A DNA stretch of 64,000 nucleotides from IMG/VR virus record IMGVR_UViG_3300036818_000127, positions 45,418-109,417 of that record. The stretch is one strand, 5' to 3'. This stretch comes from a virus. Below are positions 56,307 through 64,000 of the stretch, in pieces. The translations under genes were made by a program, and so were the position numbers. The notes under the pieces were generated by a model. It worked only from the letters and a program-made list of their open reading frames with translations, was not told where the DNA came from and ran no database searches. The stretch's first letter is position 1. Each line of letters starts with the position of its first letter.

Positions 56307-58588
56307 ATGAAACAAGTCACTTTCTGGGACATCACCGACTTAGACCGCAACGAGGTCTACTACCATGCGGTACATGGCAACGTGTTCGGAATGCTTCAGA
56401 ACCAAGCTGAAGACGGTGAGATTATTCTCTGGGGTCGCAATGAGGATGAGGATAAAGAGTGGAGAGAGCGAGGAAAGGGCGAAGTTTCATGCAGTTCCTT
56501 CGATACAATGCAGGTGTCAATCGACAATTTCTTCGATGAGAATGGGATGATTTTCATCCTGGCAGGTGAGAACCCACGCCAGTACAAAGAGTATGAATAT
56601 CTCATCACCACTCCAGAGTGGAAGATTGTCGGGGGACTTCGCCCAACTGAAGACCCAGAAGTGTTTCAGTTGTACACAATAGAAGAAATGGTGGGATTGT
56701 AGTATGCCTGGATCGTTACGCCTACCTCCTGAGCTAGAGGCAGAATGCGCCATGCTCTATCCAGGACTCACACATGAGGAATATGGGGCATCGAAGAAAG
56801 GACTAAAAAACGTGGAAAACATCACTATCACAGCGGACGTTGTAAAAATCATGAGAGGCCATCATCAGGACCTCGTTCAGGATGGTAATACTATCTCGTT
56901 CAAGGTAAAGGATAAAGCCCAATTTGGCCCAATCAGAGCTTGGTACTACCTCTTACCTGATAATACAATTGTAGAGCATATTGACCCACCCAAAGCACTG
57001 CCTGGGCTAATATCGACAATCCAGAGCTTTCTAGGGATGTTCTGGAAAGAGCTTCAGCAAATAGAAGCAAAGAGAGTATCCAAGTAGCCGAGGGCAATCT
57101 CAGAAAGGACGATATGAAACATTGGATAGCGACAGACCCAAAGGATGAGGAATGTTTGAAGTTCCTCTTGCAGCATCCTCTCCTCAACAACGAGGACTGC
57201 TACGATTTTGAGCAGGAATCGGAGAAGGGCAACATTACCCTCTACTTCGCGACCAAACAGCCTCTTGATGAGGAAGATCAGCATAATCTCGGTAGCCCGA
57301 AAGGCGTACTTAATTTCAGTTTCAACGAAGAGTAGCCACCAGACGGGTGGCAGGACCAACAGTAGTCAGCACGCCTGATGTTCAGGCAGTGCTCTAGCAC
57401 AAGAAAGGGAACAGAAAATGGCATGTAAAGAAATCGGGTGTAATACCCAGTGGACATTTGCAGACGGGCTATGTGAGGTCTGCTACTTCCGTAAGCAAAA
57501 CAGCAGCAGTACTACAAAGAAGCCCAGAAGCGGGCATACGATGCAGACGCTTGAAAGCGTCTATCATGGCAACTCGGATGTACGCAAGGTGCGTCTTGAG
57601 AAGTAGTAGTCCCCCAAATTGAAGAGGACTCGAGCCATACACGCACGAGTCCTCCAGCTTCACGGCTCAATGTGTGGGCTGTAGTGAGTTGATATAGCAC
57701 AAAATCGTGAGGGCCACGGTCCTCTAGTCGAGAAAGAAGGTATCACATGAGACAGGAAAGAATTAGAAAAGAGCATCCAGCCAGTGAGACTGCAAAGCAT
57801 GAAGGCGTCCCCTGCAGCCATGAAGAGCTGTATAATTATGCTCAGCAAGAGATAGCGCAGCATAGCGCACAAGCCGCTGAGAGCGCCCGTCGTCTCCAAG
57901 AGTGGGATGATGAGCAGCATCGAATTGCACGGGAGTCAAAATGAGCTGGAACATTAGTCGTGCGAAGGCTTTTCTTCCCACTCTGTTAGGTATTCATGAT
58001 CAGCATCCCGATTTCTTCGATGCTGATCTCACCTACAACAATGTGAGGTCTCGTCTGCAAGCAGCGGGATGGGACTTCATCACAAAGCCCCTATTCTGGG
58101 ATTCGGGAGTGGAAAAAGACCAATATAAGTATCTCGTAAATGAACAGCCCCATGCAGACATCCTCGTGATGAATTTGCACGGCTACCACGATCTAGAAGG
58201 CGTAGATGCATGGCTAAGAGGTAGAGGAAAGTAGCCCACCGCACAAACACTCAACCGGCTTCCACCACGGAGCCGGTTGAGTGTTGTGTGGGCTGTGGTG
58301 AGTTGATATAGTTAGGGCATAAGCCCTAGAAAGAGAAAGTAAATGAAGCATTCAACAAGTTTAAATTTCTTCGATGGCACAGCAGATCGAGCTGCTGAAA
58401 TTATCCGTAAGGATTTCCCAGGTGTCGAGGTGAGCACAGACAAGCATGGTAATCTCGATATCGAGCATAATTTCTACATCGGGCGTCATCTCAACGATAA
58501 ATATAATCCCTGTCCAAGTATCGGCAGTCGGCCTGTGCATCCTGCTTTTGAAAATTGTAGTGTGACGTTCCACGACGAAGAGAATTAG
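56307..58588 (+). other. operon of small hypothetical ORFs separated by palindromic spacers
   Basis: co-oriented ORFs with SD sites, terminator at ~58607-58642. Confidence 0.65.
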
Positions 58589-58667
58589 CCCACACAACAA
58601 TAATCAAGCCTGCTTCCACAACGGAAAGCAGGCTCTTTTTTTATACCCACAAATGGCTCAATACTTC

Positions 58668-58958
58668 CTACTTTTTCATCTTTACATACAACCTCATCCA
58701 ATATCTTCTACTCTGTTCAATTAGCTCATCTTTCCTTGACTCAACATCTTCGAGCTGCTTTGGGTGGATCTTCCAACGTCCACCACGCCCTCTACTATTG
58801 AGCTTCCTTTCCCTGTCTGCCTGTAACCATCCCTTTCTACACCAAGTACATGCAGTCGCCAGTGATACGTGATATATCTCGCTTACTTGTCTTGTTGTGT
58901 AGTAGTCATGTTCTACACGTAAATTACTAAGAGTCTGCTGATGATACTCTGTTGCCAT
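58668..58958 (-). CDS. HTH_17/MerR-like DNA-binding protein
   Basis: YYTTRQVSEIYHVSLATACTWCRKGWLQA...GGRWKI. Confidence 0.8.
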   Translation of the reverse strand: MATEYHQQTLSNLRVEHDYYTTRQVSEIYHVSLATACTWCRKGWLQADRERKLNSRGRGGRWKIHPKQLEDVESRKDELIEQSRRYWMRLYVKMKK

Positions 58959-59227
58959 AGTGCGGTCCTCCTTCTAAAATAGCTTTACATCTATAAGACG
59001 ATAGAAAGATACAAAAATAACACAGACCATATGTTCTAATAGTATTGCCATCTATGTTATACAAGAAGTTCCTTTGCAGACTACTTGACATGAGAGATAT
59101 AATGCTATCTATGCATCTATTTAGAGGTATGAAATAGGAGCTGGCTAGGCCAATACCTAACTCATACTATGATACTCATTCCTTGTCTCTTACTTGTTTA
59201 CCTCGCTTTGCTGTTATGCGGTTCTGT

Positions 59228-59270
59228 AAAAAGAGGCTTACTCATTGGGGGAGTAAGCCTCTTTTTTTTA
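59228..59270. terminator. bidirectional terminator after the cas12-like/wHTH operon
   Basis: aaaagaggcttactc-loop-gagtaagcctctttttt. Confidence 0.8.
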
Positions 59271-59594
59271 CGCATTGTATCTCTCTCTACTTGGGAGAAG
59301 CACATATCCATAATCTTGCACGCAATATACATAAAAGCCGGTCCATATGATTTTGCGTCGAATACGGTTGATATGCTTTTCCATCATTACCCTCGCATTC
59401 CTGTCAGCATCGCGGTTATAGACAATGCGTGCAAGATCATCATAAGTAACCGGAGTGCCATTCCTCAGGGGATAGATCAATCGGTACTCAGTCGGCGTGA
59501 AAGGTATGCCTCTACCCTCTGAGACAAGCGCATACCTTTGACTGCTCCACGGTACTCCCTTGGCCCCAGCGAGCTTCTTAAACTCTATTTGCAT
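59268..59594 (-). CDS. stand-alone OmpR/PhoB-type winged-helix (Trans_reg_C) protein
   Basis: FTPTEYRLIYPL..GTPVTYDDLARIVY...MEKHINRIRRKI...VQDYGY; starts 12 nt after the Cas12-like stop. Confidence 0.8.
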   Translation of the reverse strand: MQIEFKKLAGAKGVPWSSQRYALVSEGRGIPFTPTEYRLIYPLRNGTPVTYDDLARIVYNRDADRNARVMMEKHINRIRRKIIWTGFYVYCVQDYGYVLLPSRERYNA

Positions 59595-59606
59595 CTTCTT
59601 CTTTAC

Positions 59607-61298
59607 TCATGCTTTAAATCCTCGTGCAAACTCTTCCCATGTTGTCCGCTCTGCTTCTGGTATCTCCTTTTGCTTCTGCTTCGATCTGAGCTGTAAGAAG
59701 GGAAGCTTGCGCACAATATTGATACCACTCTGCTGTCCTACATCTGTTGTGTACCCACATTCAATGCAATGAAAGAGGTTCTTATCTTCTTTGTCGAAGT
59801 TCTCTTTGCTCACACAGCCACATTGCGAACAAGTGGAAGCCGTGTAAGCACTGCTGACTTTACGGAGTGGTGTTAGACCAGCAATGTCTAGTTTGGTCGC
59901 TAGGAGGTCCTGGAGCTTCTGATATTGCCTTCTCTGGAGTATACGGTTGAAGGCTTTCCCCTTCCCTCCAACACGCTTTTTCGGGGCAATGTAGCTTAGA
60001 TCTTCTACGATCACCTGGGACTGATGTGTACGGGCCATCTCGACAATACTATTAGCTACTTGGTGGACATGGCGGTCTGCAATCCGTGCGCGTCTCCTAT
60101 CCCCTTTCGTTGTTTTTCCCTTTTTCTGCTTGATAGCTATATTCTTTTCAATCGCACCAATTAATCCGTTTAATTCATCGGTACTAACATTGAAAGTTTC
60201 AATGACTTCCTTCCCGTCCAGGGAAACGACAGCCCCAGATGCTAAATAAGAAATAGATCGGTCAATACCTAGGTAGGTCGCTGGCTTTATTCGCTCAGGT
60301 CTGGGGAACTGGAAGGCGACATGGAGCTGGTACTTATCTCCATATTTCATCAGTTTAGCAGACACAGGCCAAGCAGGCTTTACACTAGTATCGCCTGACC
60401 TCTGCGGAAGGAAGGCATGTTTAGTAAAACGTAGCATGTTCTCATGCCACCTTCCCATTTCTAGAGGGACAAGAATGGAGCGAGTCCCATTTCCAAAGGA
60501 CCTGACCTCCTGATACCTGCCCATTCCAAGATGGTAATCCCCCAAGATAGTGTGAGTACTTGTACTGTACCGCTTCAGTCCTGTTTTATGTTCCTGGAAA
60601 CCTTTGTTCCGCATGTAAATATTCTCAGGTTCACGGATATCGATGTATTGTCCATCTATATCGATCCTTCTTCCATGATTGGACAATTCTCCGATAACAT
60701 ACAGTCTCACATAGAATGTGCGCGTCTCTGGATTGTAGAAAATACGGAATCCCTGATCAGGCATGCTATTCCCGAAAGATAAGGGCACCAGCCCTCGCTG
60801 TCGTGTGCGGAGCAGTTGGTCGCGGAGTGTATTCTCTTCTTCTAGGTCATCTGAGATAGTCCGCAGACCTTCTAGTGCGGCCTCTCGCTTTGCATCACGG
60901 TTATCTTCTTCAACCCTGTTAGGGTAGGATGGCTTCTGCTTTTCTGTCAATGACAGTTCAGCGAAACTCAAGAGGGTGCTAGCAATATCTGACTTCATCG
61001 ATGCACGCAGCCGGGCCTCTAGAGGTTCAAGTAACTGGTCCAGATCTGGTATCTTGTTCGTTCGGAAAAGAGCAGTTTCTAATGTCCTAGCATTCGTTAG
61101 CTCTTCTCCATTGCTCTCGCGTACTGCAAATACAGCCATTGCATGCAATTCCTCTGCTGTATAGCTAGAGAAGAAATCAAGGATTGATGTGTAGGCTCTT
61201 GTGTAATTCTGCAATGCCTCATCAAGCACTGCTCTGATGTGTTTCGTGGGGTTGTGGATGGTGAACACTGCTGTTCGGTGAATGTGTTTTCCTGGCAT
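59607..61298 (-). CDS. Cas12/TnpB-family RNA-guided protein (563 aa, Cas12f-like size), RuvC-III apparently degenerate
   Basis: RuvC-I YLGIDRSI, bridge helix, RuvC-II VIVEDL, AYTASTCSQCG..FHCIECGY zinc finger, RuvC-III TDVGQQSGINI. Confidence 0.9.
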   Translation of the reverse strand: MPGKHIHRTAVFTIHNPTKHIRAVLDEALQNYTRAYTSILDFFSSYTAEELHAMAVFAVRESNGEELTNARTLETALFRTNKIPDLDQLLEPLEARLRASMKSDIASTLLSFAELSLTEKQKPSYPNRVEEDNRDAKREAALEGLRTISDDLEEENTLRDQLLRTRQRGLVPLSFGNSMPDQGFRIFYNPETRTFYVRLYVIGELSNHGRRIDIDGQYIDIREPENIYMRNKGFQEHKTGLKRYSTSTHTILGDYHLGMGRYQEVRSFGNGTRSILVPLEMGRWHENMLRFTKHAFLPQRSGDTSVKPAWPVSAKLMKYGDKYQLHVAFQFPRPERIKPATYLGIDRSISYLASGAVVSLDGKEVIETFNVSTDELNGLIGAIEKNIAIKQKKGKTTKGDRRRARIADRHVHQVANSIVEMARTHQSQVIVEDLSYIAPKKRVGGKGKAFNRILQRRQYQKLQDLLATKLDIAGLTPLRKVSSAYTASTCSQCGCVSKENFDKEDKNLFHCIECGYTTDVGQQSGINIVRKLPFLQLRSKQKQKEIPEAERTTWEEFARGFKA

Positions 61299-61386
61299 GG
61301 CATGCCCTCCTTCAATCTGGTTAGCATCTATAATACCCTATCTTTTACGTCGGAACATGAAAAATTGTTCATAATTGGATTAGGTA

Positions 61387-61415
61387 TTGACAACTTGATT
61401 AGCGGCTATTATACT
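61387..61415 (+). promoter_or_regulatory. sigma70 promoter for the ncRNA/array, divergent from the cas12-like gene
   Basis: TTGACA(61387-92)-17 nt-TATACT(61410-15). Confidence 0.85.
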
Positions 61416-61421
61416 CTGCTC

Positions 61422-61925
61422 TGTAATCTTCGGATTGCTTGGGCTCGTGAGCTACGGCTCGGTAGTTGCAGGCCCAATCCCTGGGAGAGTGCCGTATGAC
61501 TTCTGATTCCCTGTTGAGGGATAAGAAGCGAGTCATGGTCATATAGGGTACATTCGTGTGCCTTGTGACTATGCCTTCTCTGATTCCCGATATCGGGAAA
61601 AGGAAGCTTGACACCTTCTGGAGAGAACAACGCCACAAAACCGGAAACGGTACTCGCTTCGCGGTGGCTCCCTTTGGGCCAACTCTCATGTGCAGCACGA
61701 TGAATGAGCAGGGGATGTTGCAACTCTGCTAATCTACTGATGCTTTGATGGGATACACTGCTACAGCCTGGCAGTGGGACGGCTCACTCTCATGTTGCAT
61801 TAGAACTTGTTGAGACGCTCCTTTACAACTGAAGGAATGAAGCCTTTCAGTATTTGTTGCATTATGCTGAAATGCGGTTCTACCTGCTCATAGCTAGTTG
61901 TTGCATAGTTGATGAGCAGGTAGGT
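61422..61925 (+). ncRNA. structured tracr/scout-like RNA leader
   Basis: Dense hairpins with UUCG and GAAA tetraloops (gtaatc-ttcg-gattgc, agggtaca-ttcg-tgtgcctt, accg-gaaa-cggt); four hairpins with UGUUGCA loops; no credible ORF. Confidence 0.75.
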
Positions 61926-61939
61926 GTCTATAAGAGAGT

Positions 61940-64000
61940 CTGTGCAGCTATGTAAGAGGATATATAGCGCAGCATTGCTTGTAACCAATAAGGATAGATG
62001 ACAACATAGAGTATAGGCTGTCGACTGCAACCCGTTACTTGATATGTCAGAGTGTAACTTAGATGGATCTATGCAACCACGGGCTTTTATTTGCAATTGC
62101 AGCAAGCAATATGGCAAGATGCAACAAATGGACAATTTATATGATCCTGCAACCATCAGACAGGGCTACAGCCTGCTCGCTAACCATGCAACCTTGGGAG
62201 AGTTCTGATCGCAATACTGAAGTAGTAGGTGATAATTGCAAGAGGCTGACTGGAAGAGGGAGGGCGCAGCTAGTGCAACCTCAAGCAGTATCAGGGATGC
62301 AACTGATGTGATTGGAGAGGAATGCAGCAACTAGGCACTCCCATCGAGATGCAATACTGGCGATCTATCCATGTAACCATCTTCGTCGGTCCTGCATGCA
62401 ACGTTCTTGACCCTTACTGCAACAAGCAGTTCGCAATCGCAACTTGTATGGTTTAGGCTAGTATTATCCATGTAACTATTGAACGCTGTCCGGCAATGAT
62501 GAGCAACGGTGAAAGGCAAAGTCTAGTGTGCTGCAACTATCTTATAGTCTAGACTAAATGCAATGAATATCAAGGTAAGCCTCGCAACCATTTCAATGCA
62601 ACTAAGAGAAGTATAGGTAGTATAGTGCAACTCACAAATGACGGCAACATCAAGAAGTCACAGTATGCAACCAAGCTACGCGGGACCTTGCAACAACGGG
62701 CAATAGCTATATGCAACAAGAATGTCATATTGGACAGTGCAACAACGAGTAGAAGATTTGCATGCAGCACAAATGAAATACTACATAGCAACATATGGAC
62801 CAGCGATCAAGGGAACTGCAACAAGAGGGCGTTGTCTGGAGGATGTAACACAAGGAGCTAGATAGCGATTGCAACTTTCATAGAGTCACGCAACTGTAGT
62901 AGATGCAATGGTACAAGCTCGTTCACAACTAACATGACACTGCAACAAGCAAGAGACACTGCAACAAAAAGGATATAGGGACAATTGCAATAATCTACGA
63001 TGGCCCCATGCAACCTGATAGAGGAAGATATTCAATAATTGTAACTGAAACCTCCGCAACTATAGAATATGCATTCTAGACTAAGAATTATGCAACTAGT
63101 TGGTTGCTAAGGCATAATGCAGCTATCAGCGGCTAGATATGCAACTTACTTTCAACACACTCTTGCAACATCCATCTCGACATCTCAATTCTATCAATGC
63201 AGCGACTTTGATGTTCCTTACATGCAATGAGTAGAGAAAATGCAACAGCAAAAGAGTGAAGAACGCAACTATCATTGACCAGCTATGCAACTATGGTTCT
63301 CATATCATAATAGTTTATACGCAACTTCTGTAGAGGCATCATGCAACATGTATTGAAAGCATTGCAACCTCATCTGACAGCATCCTGATGCAACATGATT
63401 TCTCTTTGTACATGCATCTCGCAACAACTGGCAATGACATCTACAACGGTAGAGGAATGGGGCATAGCATGCAACTCAGGCAAGTTATCACTGCAACATG
63501 GGGAAGTCTTGCGATATCAATGCAACCAGTGTTCACATACGTGGAAGGAATGCAACATGTTCAATAATATGCAGCCTCAATGGATTTTATGCAACTATTA
63601 GGTAAATAGAGAGCTATGCAACTGATTAACCCTATTCACTCAATATGCAACAAATAGGTGGTACTGCAACACTGATGAGGGTTTTGCATCATCATACCCA
63701 AGATGCAACTATGGCTTTTTGAGGCAACTACGAACATGTCAAATATATGTAACGATCAAGAGAGAACCTAGTGCAACCATGGGCGGGCATGCAATGAGTA
63801 GACATAGCAACAACTGAGTGCAACATTCTTGATCGAGAGAAATGCAACATAAGGGTTATCATAGCAATAGCCAAGCATGAATGATGCAACCATGACAGAG
63901 CAAGCAACACACATGTGGTACATTGCAGCATTGGAAAGCAACTAGAGGGGAAATAAGCAGCAGGTAAACGGAATAATAGATGCAACAATATCTGTAGGAC
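61940..64000 (+). repeat. mini-repeat guide-like array: (A)TGCAAC every ~20-30 nt with unique spacers; runs off the window end
   Basis: About 43 exact TGCAAC plus ~40 single-variant copies by eye, all on the + strand, period not a multiple of 3, no long ORF. Confidence 0.85.

Noticed and set aside
57331-58640. Integron attC sites
   Set aside because: They lack the RYYYAAC...GTTRRRY cores; kept only as a low-interest palindrome finding.
59607-61298. Interpretation as an ordinary IS605/IS607 tnpB transposon gene
   Set aside because: Longer than typical TnpB, no adjacent tnpA or recognisable IS ends, RuvC-III altered, and the RNA locus is upstream and divergent.
63009-63045. Array spacer ctgatagaggaagatattcaataat resembles the conserved promoter motif (shared ggaagatat)
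   Set aside because: Only 9 contiguous matches, and the 5' seed region mismatches; compatible with chance.
63754-63842. 11-12-nt matches of spacers to window sequence (gatcaagagag vs the CRISPR leader ~36712-36722; tcttgatcgaga vs ~10507)
   Set aside because: Several matches of this length are expected by chance with ~90 spacers against 128 kb; a systematic PAM-aware search is needed.
61800-63988. Short ORFs called inside the terminal array (e.g. 62063-62311, 62625-62861, 63395-63601, 63728-63988)
   Set aside because: They are Cys-Asn/Ala-Thr/Met-Gln-rich artefacts of the TGCAAC repeat, with no SD sites and a period that is not a multiple of 3.

Overview
The window is part of a large mobile genome, most likely a phage-plasmid or jumbo (pro)phage. 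The host is inferred to be a Chloroflexota/Ktedonobacteria-like bacterium from gene style and IscB-type omegaRNAs; this was not verified. No virion genes were recognised. It contains: the 3' end of a tyrosine recombinase, an ECF sigma factor, a MTase-SNF2 helicase fusion, a Rad52-like annealase, many small early ORFs driven by 11 near-identical sigma70 promoters, an H-NOX/histidine kinase pair, a replication module (AAA helicase, iteron origin, primase, PolA), ParA plus partner, and a HerA/FtsK-type transfer-like module. It is unusually rich in non-coding RNA: a 4-repeat CRISPR array, two degenerate short-spacer CRISPR-like arrays, two orphan IscB/IsrB-type omegaRNA elements and a tmRNA reduced to its tRNA-like domain. 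The best candidate for a new system is at 59.3-64 kb. A 563-aa Cas12/TnpB-family protein with an apparently substituted RuvC-III catalytic Asp is followed by a winged-helix gene. It sits divergent from a consensus promoter driving a ~500-nt structured RNA, in which four hairpins display UGUUGCA in their loops. Downstream lies a >2-kb non-coding array of roughly 85-90 unique 13-25-nt segments separated only by a 6-7-nt (A)TGCAAC mini-repeat. That mini-repeat is complementary to the hairpin loops and matches the 3' end of the CRISPR repeats elsewhere in the window. All counts and alignments were done by eye.
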